From assembly GCF_018350175.1 (NCBI RefSeq), contig NC_058368.1, positions 91,576,001 to 91,640,000 of the forward strand: a stretch of 64,000 nt of DNA, read 5' to 3'. Shown piece after piece: positions 36,691 to 49,200 of the stretch. A program made the translations under genes and the position numbers. Numbering within the stretch: the stretch's first letter is position 1; each line of letters starts with the position of its first letter. The DNA comes from Felis catus (lineage: Eukaryota). A model generated the notes under the pieces. It saw nothing but the letters and a program-made list of their open reading frames with translations. It was not told the origin of the DNA and did not search any database.

Positions 36691-39600
36691 TGATAGAGGG
36701 AATGTAAAGTGAAAGACTGGTTAGTTTGGGGGCACCTGGGTGGCTCAGTCAATCCAGCCTTTTGGGATATAGGTATTAAGAATACACTTAATTTGAGTCA
36801 TTTAGGGAAGCTGGCTAGCTCTATATTGATAATTAAAAAAAAAAAGTTTTTAGAGAAAGTGTGCAAGCAGAAGGGCAGAGAGAGAGGTGGAGAGAGAGAA
36901 TCTTAAGCAGGCTCCATGCTCAGCACAGAGCCTGATGTGGCTTGATCCCACGGCCCTGGGATCATGACCTGAGCTGAAATGAGTAGGAGGCTCAACCAAC
37001 TGAGCCACCCAGGTGACCCTACATTCGTAATTTTTAAAAATATAATGCAAAAGTATAATAGAATAATGAACTTCTAAGTGCATACAGCCCAGCTTCAAAA
37101 ATTAAAAACATTTTTGGGGCACCCGGGTGGCTCAGTTGCTTGAGACTTTGACTTTGGCTCAGGTCATGATCTCGAGGTTTATGAGTTCAAGCCCACATCA
37201 GGCTCACTGCTGTCAGGGTGGAGCTTGCTTCGGGTCCTCTGTCCCTCTCTCTGCTTTTCCCCTGCTTGTGCTCTCTCAAAAATAAATAAAACATTCTGCA
37301 AATTTTGTTTCGTCTCTTCCTCAACCTATTTTCTTGTTGTGTTTAAATACAAATGCCAGATACCATATCATTTCACCCATGATATTTCTGTATACCTTTT
37401 AACAGATGAGTTTTAAAAAATGTAATCCATTGTCATACCTAACCAAATAATTCCTTACCTGATATTGAGTCTATATTTAAGGTTCATCTTTAAAAAAAAG
37501 TCATTTTATAGTTGATTGGTTTGAATCAGGACCCAGTCAGGGTCCACACATTACTAATATGTCTCAGGTCTCTCAGAATCACAAGATGTATCTTTTGCCC
37601 CCCACATTCTGTTTCTTTGCTAATGAAACTGGGTCATTTGTCTTAAAAGAATTTCCCATATTCAATATTTCACCATTGGAGTCCATTTCTCTAGTCCTCA
37701 CTGATCCTGTAAACTGATGGTTGATGAAGGGAAAATTTTTAAATAGAATTCCTTCTAGTAAACACAGAAGTTTTACTAGAAATACAAAATGAAATACAAA
37801 ATGTTAGAAAGACATTATGTTGTAACTCTTAATGAAATAATGGATCCAGGGGTGCCTGGGTGGCTCCATTGGTTAAATGTCCGACTTCGGCTCAGGTCAT
37901 GATCTCACGTGGGCTCATGCCCCACCTCAGGCTCTGTGCTGACAGTTGAGTCTGGAGCCTGCTTCAGATTCTGTGTCTCCCTCTCTCTCTGCCCCTGCCC
38001 TGCTCATGTTCTGTCTCTCTCTGTCTCTCAATAATAAATAAATGTTAAAATTTTTTTTTTTTAAACATCTAGCAGATTACTTGGCATTTAGTGGTCCCTC
38101 TAATAAATAGCAGTTATTTTGTTTTCCATAAATGTTTTAACCCAGATGCCACCCACCACGTTTTTAAAAAATTTAACAAGGGGCGCCTGCCTGGGTGGCT
38201 CAGTCGGTTGGGCCTCTGACTTCAGCTGAGGTCATGATCTTGCGGTCTGTGAGTTCGATCCCCATGTCGGGATCTGTGCTGACAGCTCAGATCCTGGAGC
38301 CTTCTTAGGATTCTGTGTCTCCCTCTCTCTGCCCCTCCCCTGCTCATGCCTCTGTCTCTGTCTCTGCCTCTCTCTCTCGCAAAAGCAAATAAACATTTTT
38401 TTTTTAATTAAAAAAAATTTTTTTAACAATGTTAATTGTTCCTCTTTATGGCACCAGAAAGTACTAAGCTACCAAGAATTCTATTTTTGACCCCCTAAAA
38501 TTGTAGCTTTTATTGTAACATTTCACTGAAATGTCACGGGGAATAGAATTTTCAAAGAAATTTTGTTTGGTTTACCAGTCAAGAATGTCTACTGTTCAGA
38601 TACATTTTCTTAGATTCACTCCTTTCCTGGTTTTAGTTTGGTTTTAATTATTGCAATTGGGGGGGAAATCATACATAATTAAAAGACCAAGACATAGATT
38701 TAATTATGAAGATTTGAAACCGCCTTAAATATCTGTTGAGATAAGCCTCTCATAGGCTTAGTTCTTTCAGATACTATTAGCAGCAGTTACATGTAATGAG
38801 ATGAACTAAAGGTAAATTGTAGATTTTGGGCAATTCCCATGCTCCCCCTCCACCCCACCCTGTGACTTAAAATGTTTCCCATTAGAAATATAAATGAAAA
38901 AATTACTGGGGTGCCTGGGTGGCTCAGTCAGTTAAGCATCTGACTTCGGCTCAGGTCATGGTCTCCCAGTTCAGGAGTTGGAGCCCCACATTGGGCTCTG
39001 TGCTGACAGCTCAGAGCCTGGAGCCCGCTTTGGATTCTGTGTCTCCCTCTCTCTCTCTCGGCCCCTCCCCGACTCACACTCCGTCTCTTTCTCTCAGGAA
39101 ATGAATAAACATGATAAAAGAAAAAAAGAAATATAAATGAAAATTACTTTTTTTTTAAACTTAAAAAATCCCATGCTTTAAAAAAGCTGCTGGATTTTCT
39201 CTTAATTAAAGACAACATGGGCAGATATAATTTTGAATAAATGACAAGAACAGGCCTAACTGACATTTACAGTATGCCATCAGAAGAGGAATTTAATTTT
39301 AAAAGATCTTACTATTTCTTTTTTATATTTTTATTTTTTAAACTTTTTAGTGATTTTTTATCTTTGAGAGAGAGAGAATGAGCAGGGAGGCAGAGAGAGA
39401 GGGAAGACACAGAATCCGAAGCAGGTTCCAGGCTCTGAGCTGTCAGCACAGAGCCTGATACGGGGCTCCAACCCACGAACCGTGAGATCATGACCTGAGC
39501 TGAAGTTGGACACTTAACTGAGTCACCCAGGTGCCCCTCACACTGCCTTTTCTATGCAACAATTTCCTCAGGTCATTGAAGCTTAGCCCTTTAAGCCTCA

Positions 39601-40027
39601 TAGCTTAATTTAAATCATTTTCACTGATAATTAAAAAATATGAGTAAGTACCTTTGCCTTCTTAAACAACATTTTGAACATATGTGAACGTTTTCAGTGT
39701 TAACATTATGATCTTCTGCAGTGGTCATCAACCCTATCTGACCCAAATAATTCCTTTTTGATTTTTGACTTACTATTTTTTATATAAATTTTTTTATTAT
39801 TTATTTTTGAGAGAGAGGCAGCCTGTGAGCAGAGGAGGGGCAGAGGGAGAGGGAAACACAGAATCTGAAGCAGGCTCCAGGCTCTGAGTTGTCAGCACAG
39901 AGCCCGACGTGGGGCTCAAACCCCCAAACCGTATTATCATGACCTGAGCTGAAGTCAGACACTTAACAGACTGAACCACCCAGGCAACCCTTATTATTAT
40001 TTTTGAGAGAGGGAGGGATAGAGAGAG

Positions 40028-40045
40028 AGGGAGGGATGGAGGGGG

Positions 40046-40097
<52 letters not shown>
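40028..40097. repeat. (GA)n microsatellite in a SINE
   Basis: Directly visible. Confidence 0.95.
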
Positions 40098-40099
<2 letters not shown>

Positions 40100-40995
40100 C
40101 CCAAGCAGGCTTCATGCTCAGCACTGAGCCTGACGCGGGCTCAATCCCACAAACCGCGACATCATGACCTGAGCCAAAACCAAGAGTTAGACGCTTAACC
40201 AACTGAGTCACCAAGGTGCCCCAATAATTCCTTTTTTAATAAAACATTTTATAACACCCTTTTATCCTGACGAATCTGAGCTCTTGTCAACCAGCAGGCT
40301 GCATTGCTGCACACTGCTGTTCACGGCCACAGGGAGGCGCAGGGGTACCACAAGGTGCCTGGCATATCCCTCCCTGCCCACACTGTATAGGAGCAACCCC
40401 ACCTCCTCCTGCTGGTCAGTGTCAGTTACCCCCACCCAAATGATGACTCATTGACTTCAGGTCCCCGGACACAGAGCTCAAAGTGCCCCGGGTGGCAGCC
40501 AGAGCTTGTAGTCGAATGGCCCCTTGGTGTGACCCCTTTGAGGGGCGCCTGTGTGGCTCAGTCAGTTACACGTCCCGCTCTTGATCTCGGCTCGGGTCAC
40601 GATCTCTCATTTAGTGGGATTGAGCCCTGTGTCAGGCTCTGCACTTGCAGAGCAAAGCCTGCTTGGGATATTCTCTCTTCTCTCTCCTCTCTTTCTGCTC
40701 CTCCCCTGTTCTCTGTCTCTCTCTCTCAAAATAAATAAATAAACTTAAAAAAAAAAAAAAAAGAGCATAGCCCCTTGGAGAACTAGGATCTCCAGACTTG
40801 CAGGACCTACAGTTGGGAGGACAGCAAGTTCAAAATCCCCCAGCGAGTCATGGGGGGTGATGGTGTGTTCGGGCTACTCTCGCTCCTACTCGGTTCCGAG
40901 ATTCCTGTATTACCTGGAACAGAGCATCATGTAGAGGTTCCTTATTTAATGCATATGCCACGACCTGAAAGGTGGCCCTGCATCCTTTCAGAGGA

Positions 40996-41452
40996 CAGTA
41001 GCCCTCTCTTATCCATGTTTCACATTCTGGGGTTTCAGTTATCTGTGGTCCACCATGGTCTAGAAGGAGATGATCCTTCTGGTGTATCATCAGAAGGTCA
41101 ATAGTAGCCTAACGCTATGTCACAAACCCCTGTGCCATTCACCTCCTTTCATCTCATCACGTAGGCATTGTATCATCTCACATCGTCACAAAAAAGAAAA
41201 GTGAGCACAGTGCAATAGATTTTGAGAGAGACCACAGTCACATAACTTTTGTTACAGTATCCTGTTATGACTGTTCTATTTTTTATTGTTGTGAATCTCT
41301 TGCTGTGCCTAATTTATGAATTAAACTTTATCACAGGAATGTACATACAGGAAAAACCACTGAGTATCTACAGGGTTTGGTGTGATCTGCAGTTTCAGGC
41401 ATCCCCTGGGGGGGTCTTGGAATATATCCCCCGTGGAAAAAGGGGCACCATT
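40996..41452. mobile_element. MER44-like TcMar-Tigger MITE
   Basis: cagtagccctctcttatcc at the left end and ...cccccgtggaaaaagggg at the right end; internal phrases typical of MER44. Confidence 0.7.
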
Positions 41453-42201
41453 GGGTCGCCTGCACCTTTGAAATGTAGTTCCGGTATTCTGTGAGCCTGG
41501 CTGCTTCCGGCTCGTGGAGGATGTGATACAACCAGTGGATTCCAAGGTCATGGGCTCACTCCCACTGTAAAGTGGGCCCCCTGCTCCAACGCTACGTTGT
41601 AGGAGATCCCATACCTATGGATCGGGCAGCCTGTGAGGTTAGTGGTGCTGGCTGAGGCTCTGCAGCCAAGCCTGGCTGAGGCTCTGAGCCAAGCCTGTAC
41701 CTGGAATAGCTAGCTGTCCCCATGAGCGTCAAACTGCTTGCCCTTCCAGGCTAGAGGGAATCCAAACTAGCTGATTTGCCACCCAATGGCCAGTTGGTCT
41801 CCCTGAGGAGTAGTGCCTGTTGCTGGCACGTTAGCCATTCAGAGGCAGCAGTAGCTGTATTGAGCGTTTACCAACAAACGTCACCAGCAGCTTAGGTAAT
41901 GTGGTGGGTCTTCTCTTTTTATTCTGCCACACAGCTGCCTTATATCTCTCTGTCTGTCCTTAGCAGGCTGATCTCTTGCATGCACTGCATTGTCGGGGCT
42001 CCCTGCCCTGTGGGTTTGGTCAGTGGGAGGTAGGAGACCCAGCAGAGCAGAGAGCAGGAGGAGAGAAAGACTATCCCCTCAGTTCCCACCTTCCAACTCA
42101 TGGTTTTGCAGAGGTGATGTCCCTTGACCAAAGGTCACAGCTCCTCGTATGCAGAACTTTTTTTTTAATTAAAAAAAATTTTTTTAATGTTTATTTTTGA
42201 C

Positions 42202-42234
<33 letters not shown>

Positions 42235-43076
42235 GAGACAGAGCATGAGCAGGGGAGGGGCAGAGAGAGAGGGAGACACAGAATCGGAAGCAGGCTCCAG
42301 GCTCTGAGCTGTCAGCACAGAGCTCAACGCGGGGCTTGAACTCACAGACCACAAGATCATGACCTGAGCCAAAGTCGGACATTCAACCGACTGAGCCACC
42401 GAGGTGCCCCCCCCTTTTTTAAAGCTTATTTTATTTTGAGAGAGAAAGAGAGAGAATGAGCAGAGGAGGGGCGGAGAGAGAGGGAGACAGAGGACACGAA
42501 GTGAAGTGGGCTCTGTGCTGAGGGGTGAGAGCCCCATGCGGGGCTCAAACTCACGAACCCAACGAGATCATGACCTGAGCCGAGGTTGGACACCTAACCA
42601 ACTGAGCCACCCAGGCGCTCCTCTTCCTGGACTTTTAAAGTGAGCTGCAGGCAGTAAACCTATTTTCACCTTTCCTTAGTTGATTTGGCAAATATTTATT
42701 GAGCATCAACCATGTGTCAGATCCTGTCCTGTTTTTTTGAGAAAACAGTGGTGAGCAAGACAAAGGGGTAACTTTGTCTTTCTAATGAAAAGGTAACTTC
42801 AAACAGTGATAAATGGCCTGATCCCCTGAGTAATCCTTTGGAGGGGGGCAGTGGGTTCAGACACCCTAGGTTGGGCAACCTGGGAAGGTCTCTCAGAGGC
42901 AGTGAGGTTTGAGGACCTGGGGACTTTGACCTGAGGGAAAGGCTTACTGTTCAAAGATCTGAGAGCAGGGGCACCTGGGTGGCTCAGTCAGTTAAGTGTT
43001 GGACTCTTGATTTGGGCTCAGGTCATAATCTCACAGTTTGTACGTTCAAGCCCTGACAGTGCAGAGCCTGCTTGGG

Positions 43077-43123
<47 letters not shown>

Positions 43124-43239
43124 GTTTCAATCAATGAACTTAAAAACAAAAAAAGATATGAGAACAGAACATTCCAGATAGGGAGGTAGTAGACAAGGGC
43201 AAAGTCCTAAAGGACAAATGAGCTTGGCTTTTTTAAAAA

Positions 43240-43670
43240 AAAAAGTTTTTATTTAAATTCCAGTTAATTAACATACAGCGTTATGTTATATATATGTCCT
43301 ATATGTTATACAGTGTTATATTAGTTTCAGGTGTTCAATTAGGTGATTCAACCCTTCCATACAACACCGGATGCTCATCACAGGTGCCCTCCTTAGTCCT
43401 TGTCACCTATTTCACCCATCCTCCAGCCACCTCCCCTGTGATAACCATCGGTTTGCCTCTGTAGTTAAGAATCTGTTTCTTGATTTATCTCTCTCTCCCC
43501 CCCCCCACATGATGGTTTGTTTTGTTTCTTAAATTCCACATATGAATGAAATCATATGGTATTTGTTTTCCTCTGACTGACTTATTTCCCTTAGCATAGC
43601 ACTCTCTAGCTCTATCCACATCATTGCAAATGACAAGATTTCATTCTTTTTTTTTTTATGGTGAATATTC

Positions 43671-43708
<38 letters not shown>

Positions 43709-43800
43709 TCTTCCTTATCTTTTCATCAGTGGATGGACACTCCGGCTGCTTCCATAACTCGGCTATTGTAGTAGATAATGCTGCTATAAACATCGGACAC
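43240..43800 (-). mobile_element. Carnivore LINE-1 3' end with internal (TG)n
   Basis: Similar to the 33420 copy (atttaaattccagttaa...gctcatcacag...ttcttaaattccacatatgaatgaaatcatatggtatttg). Confidence 0.85.
43673..43707. repeat. (TG)n microsatellite
   Basis: Directly visible. Confidence 0.95.
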
Positions 43801-44789
43801 ACAGTAACATCAACATAGGTGATGGGCAATTAAGCTATGTGTCTGTAATAATATTGAGGTGCTAACCTCTAATATGGTTTGACCTCTTTCAAGCCGAGGA
43901 TCTAGTTTGCTTAGCAAGCACTTTTCAGAGGATTTGCGGGGCATGCGCTGCATTTTAGCATAGTACCAGGACCTACCTCTAGGATAATCAGCTAACCATA
44001 ATCCCAATTTACCTAAGGTCACAGCTATGAAGTTGCAGGGGTAAGATGCCAATCACTTCTGTTTTATTCCAATCTCAGAGGTGGCTTTTCCCTCTGAATT
44101 AAGAGAGTAAGGAGGAACATGTCAGGTGGAGGCTCTCAACAGTTATCAGAGATAAGTAATGTATCCGCAGAAATTAATAATCCACAGATACCCAGGGAGC
44201 AAGAGGGAAGATCTAACAGGTCTTTCCCTCCCACCCCCCAAATTGGTTGTGGAGTTGCCCAAATTACAAAGATCTAAGTCAGCAGTTTTGCTTGTTTATT
44301 TTAATATTACAGGCATTAGTGGAAGCGACATGGTGAGACCCATTTTAAGACATGAATACACCTGGTAGGAATTCGCGACCAAGTGGCGAATGGACCTCAC
44401 TTCCAGCCTTTCTTCTCTTTCTTGAAAAGACTGAGAGGGCCTTTTTATTCTCATTCAGCCTTTCCTACCTTAACCCTGTGATCTAAATTTGCAGCAGAAT
44501 CGTAGTGTAGGCTGAGTGTGGTGCATACTGGCTTATTTTTGGCCAAATTGTGCTTCCGCTACAGAATGAAGCCATCGCTGGCACAAAAGTTGGAGTTCTT
44601 TCCCCATCTTCCCCATTGATCAATTTTCTCAAACGAACACCCTCTCTAGGTCAGGAACAAGGTCTTACAATTTCTGCCACCAGCACCACACACCTGGCAC
44701 CTAATAAATGGTGACAGCACTAAGATTCTGAGAGGTATGTTTCTGCTGGGCAAAAGCGCAACCTTGACTGGGTCTCTCAGTGTGATTGC

Positions 44790-46270
44790 GCAGTGGTCGT
44801 TTTCGGCCACGGAGCGGCGCTAAGGCACCATCCAGGACCGATTCACAAAGTTCCACGGGGTTTGAAGTTCTGAACTTTTAAAAAAGTGTCAGAAAGGTTA
44901 ATTCACAAGTTTTAGCGGCATTGCCCCCAGGCACGAACGATGCTCGGGCCAGAGGTGGGCTGCGGAAGGCGCTCTGAGTCTCCGGACGCACCGCAGACCT
45001 CTGGGGACCGCAAGGGACCTCGGGCTGGGGAGTCGCGGAGGTGCGCGCGCGGCAGTGGGGTTGCTGCTGGGCGCCCGGGACAGGTGAGGTGGAGATGCGC
45101 GCTGCGCCGGGGGTCCGCCGGGCGCGCGCGGGGGGCTCGGAAGAGCCAGCTCCCTTCCCTCCCCCGCCCCTCGGCGCGCGGGGCCGGCCGGGCCGCTCCT
45201 CCCCTGGGTGGGTCCCGGCTCCTTTTCTGGTAGGATCTATTTGCATAGAGGAAACTGCCCAAAGTGGCCGCTGTGGAGGAGCTGGCGGTGGAGTGGGGGG
45301 CGTGCGCCGCAAGCCGCTGCTGCCCCGAGGCCGAGCCCCGCGCGCGGCCGGCCTCGTGCCTCGGACTCTCCCGCCTGCTCCCCGCGCGCGGGCCAGCACC
45401 CGCGGCTGCGCACCGCCCCCTCGGAGACCCACGCGCGACGAGCGCGCCATGAGCCAGGGCCAGCGCGCCGGCGGCGACGCGCGTAAGGGCGGCCCGGCGG
45501 GCGGCTGCGGCGGCGGGGGGCACCCCGCGACGACGGCCGGGGCCTGGGCGGTGAGCGCGCTGTGCCTGCTGCTCTCTGTGGGCTCGGCGGCCGCCTGCCT
45601 GCTGCTGGGCGCCCAGGCGGCCGCGCTGCAGGGCCGGGTGGCGGCGCTCGAGGAGGAGCGGGATCTGCTGCGGCGCGGGGGGCCGCCGGGCGACCTGGCC
45701 GCCTGGGCCGAGCCGCACCTGGAGCGCCTGCTGCACGAGGTGAGGGGCGCGGGGCGCGCGTGCGGCAGGGGAGCGTCTGTGCGCCCGGGGCGCGGGCACC
45801 GCGGCCGTCTCTCCCCGAGGAGCGGTCGCCTGCCCTGCGTGCGTGAGTCCCTCCCGGCGGCCTGAGCGTCTGGCTGGGGGTGCCGGTCCCCGAGGGGGTC
45901 CTGCCGCCTCCGCTCCGGCCGCAGGGTCACATTGCAGGGCGCAGCGGCCGCAGGAAACGCGAGTCAGAAGGGCTGTTTCGGGAGCGAGTAGTGCGGAGGG
46001 AGAGAGAGGAAAGACCACGGGCTTAGAAATAGTGACAGACCTGGGGGGGGGGGGGCGGCGAGTGTCCACCGGGGTGTGCGCTCAGACCCGTCGCTTCCCG
46101 CCGGAGGTGAGCGCCTGGCTCCTCCTCTGTGCCGGGCTAATGACCAGGCTCGTGTGGGAAGTGCCTGGTGGGTGACTCGTCTCCGGTGGCGGCCACTGTC
46201 CCGATGCTGCTGTACTCGGAGAAGTGGCGGCCCGGTGGAGGGAAGCCTTAGACGGACCCGAGGGCCAGGG
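44790..46270. promoter_or_regulatory. COL23A1: CpG island / promoter of COL23A1
   Basis: Extremely GC- and CpG-rich block with GC boxes surrounding the first coding exon. Confidence 0.9.
45449..45739 (+). CDS. COL23A1: COL23A1 exon 1 coding part: cytoplasmic tail, type II transmembrane anchor and start of the juxtamembrane coiled coil (97 codons)
   Basis: Kozak gcgccATGa; AVSALCLLLSVGSAAACLLLGAQAAALQGRVAALEEERDLLRR...WAEPHLERLL matches collagen XXIII as recalled; donor GAG|GTGAGG. Position downstream of CLK4 on the same strand matches known mammalian synteny. Exon 2 not found in the window. Confidence 0.95.
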
Positions 46271-49200
46271 CCCTTGGAGGGTTCCGGTCAGCCGGACCTT
46301 CCCTGTACACCTTCTCCCAGAAAGGTTTGTTTCCGAGCAGCTCCATTCTGGAGATGCTGTGTTCTGGGGCTCTTAAATGCGTACTCAGTGCCCCGGAAAC
46401 CTGAGGCGACAGCCGCCTCGGCTTGGCTTGGTAGGATGAGGGGAATTAAACACCCGGTTTCTGCTTTTAAGCGATGCCACCTGGGGAATGCAGCTACATC
46501 CTGAGTTTCCTCGCCCTTGTTGGAAGTGTCGAATGAGACTCTGCGACACTTCTATGAAGGTTGCTGCTGTGGCCTCAACACCCTCATCCGTCGTGTGCAT
46601 CAAAATCTCCACGTTCTGTGCACCAGTGCCCGACCCTGGTAGAACTGAAGACAGGCGGGTGGGCTGGCCAGGGGTCCCCCGGATGAGCTCACCTCCGTGG
46701 CCTGAGCCACACTCTTCCTCCTGGGAGAGGTGGATCCCAAGTCTAGTGCCCAGAGGGGCATCCTTCACTGTATCCTGAAAATCCCCAGTGTTTCAAGGTA
46801 GGGGAGAGGAAGGCCAGGCCTGCTGCTACCAATTCCCCCTAAACCGTGCTGGCTGTGATCTTCATTAATGCATTGAGCTGCGTGTTCTTTGAGGAGTTCC
46901 TTCGGAATCTTTTGGGGAATGGGAGAAGGCTGGACCACACCTTCTAGTCCACCCTACCTGTTTCTTAAGCCCCTTCCATTGAAGCCAGCCTTCCGTCTCC
47001 TCCAGCATGGTTTTGGGCAGAACTGCTGCTGCATGAATTGATTTCCTATTATTGCCTTGAACGTGCCCGCAGACTTCGGAACTGGCAACTGGTGGTGAAG
47101 GTTTCGTAATTACAGCCCATTATCTTTTGGCAAATCCCTAGAGACCGGGGTGTTGACTTGATTGATGGAGGACCAGTAAAATTTCTATCTGTAAGTGCAG
47201 TAACCGGAGCTGTTCTCTCCCCTAGGAGGCCCCTCTTAGGAAAAATAAACTGGGAGGCCTGATTGAGTAAATCAGAAGTCCTGGTACAAGCAGCTTATAA
47301 ATTTGTGTCCATGTTAATGGCAATGGGGACAGGGCAGATGTCCTGACAAAGCAACCCCAGCTGAAAAGTGTGGATTCGCAAATCCTAAACTCTGAGGATT
47401 AAGGATCTGAGGGGACAGAAGGCAGTGGCTTCATCCTGCTCCCTCCAGTGGCACCGATATTACCTGGGTGGGACGGTAGTGCTTGGGCTAGTAGTTACTG
47501 GGCAGAACTTAATCTCTCTTGGGCTCTGTCTCTCTCAGTCTCTCTGCTCTTGATTTAGGAAGGCAAAGGGAATATTTCACATCCTGGGATTTGCACTTGA
47601 AGTTGGCCATACCATTCAGCAGGCTGGCGTTAGCACAGGATGTATGTGAACGTATGCTTGGTTTGGTTAGGTTTGAGTTAAAGTGCATGTGCTTGGAGCA
47701 CAGACTGGCTGGTGGACTGTCAGAGATGCCGTGGCATGAATGCACTTGGAGTTGGGCTTCTGGCTGTTTGGGGGTCCCCTGTGGGAGGGCATCTCTTTCC
47801 TAGGATATCCGTCTGTTCCTGCCAAAAGCCATTCTTCTCACAAATGTCACCAGCTGGGAAATGTCCACAGCCTGGTGGGCAACACCTACACCCCCTCGCT
47901 GAGATGAGGGAGGCACATAATGAAGAGTTGGTAATTGGCTTTAAATAGATGTGGGGGCACCTGGGTGGCTCAGTCGGTTAAGCGTCCGACTTCAGCTCGG
48001 GTCATGATCTCACGGTCCGTGGGTTCGAGTCCCGCATCGGGCTCTGTGCTGACAGCTCAGAGCCTGGAGCCTGCTTCGGATTCTGTGTCTCCCTCTCTCT
48101 GACCCTCCCCCGTTCATGCTCTATCTCTCTCTCAAAAATAAACACAAATGAATAAGTAGATGTGAAGATACTTTTTGGAACCGTTAGATATGAAGGACAA
48201 AGAAATATTGAACTGCAAATCTCTTAAGGAAAGACCGTTTGGACTTGAACGTGGTTTTTGGTTCTGGTTTGTTTTCAGTGAAGCCTGTGCTGAAGTTGGT
48301 ATGTATGCGAGGGTGCCTGCAGCTCGTCCTTTATCAACAAGCTTGTTTTCAGAGTTTCGGAGGCAGAAACCACATCCAAACCGAGGAAGAGAAATCCTTG
48401 CCAACCACACACAACTTTAATGTCAGGGAAAAATATTTAAAAATAAGCCAACAAAAGCCACTGTTAATATGCGACCCGATGTCTTTGTTCCCTTGGGAAC
48501 AGAGCTGTGACATAACTTTGTTGGGACTGGCTGATGTGCCTGATAATGTAGATACAGAAGCTGCAAAAAAGGGAATATTCATGTTAACATGGGATTATTA
48601 AAGAGCCTTCCCATGGTACAAAATGAAAGAAATGGTTTTCAGAACATAAAAGTCATTAACGATAGTATCTTCATTATGACCCAAAGATATTCAATGGAAA
48701 ACAAGCATCTGATATTATGCTATTAAATGTGCCTTAAATGGGCTAAGTCACCAACCGCCCATTGGTTACACCTATAATTACAGCATTACAACAGCCTGAA
48801 TTTTAGAGTAAATAAAATAGCTTTCATACTACAGTAACAAATTTAATGGAAGGATTAAAGAAATATTTAGTTGTATTCAGAGGAGACCATTTCCAGCTTA
48901 CAATGGATTTATTGTTGGCTCCCGGTCCTCCATTGTCCAGACCAATCAGTTTGAAAACAAGAAAAACCCAGAGACTCTGGGTAAAATTCAATTTCCTTTC
49001 CTACCATCAACGACTATACGTATTGGTTAAATTACCGTAAAACCCAGAATCACATGTAGCTTTTTCGGCCTCTGCGGCAGCCTGTCACTTTGTCGGGACC
49101 GCTCTGTGGGGCACACTTGAATAAAGATCCAGTTTTTGAATCCCCTAGCACAACAGGAGATGAAGAGTCCATCATAGCTACGTTTGTTTCCTTGACATTT

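Noticed and set aside
40324..40343. CTCF-like motif between CLK4 and COL23A1
   Set aside because: Three mismatches in the core; chance-level match.
45041..45448. Open frame upstream of and in frame with the COL23A1 ATG (ATG at 45095)
   Set aside because: GC-rich promoter sequence, probably upstream of the TSS; the 45449 ATG has good Kozak context and matches the known N-terminus.
44878..46069. 350-aa and 385-aa antisense ORFs over the COL23A1 first exon
   Set aside because: Expected from stop-codon scarcity in extreme GC; Arg/Pro/Ala/Gly low complexity, non-ATG starts, no recognisable domain.
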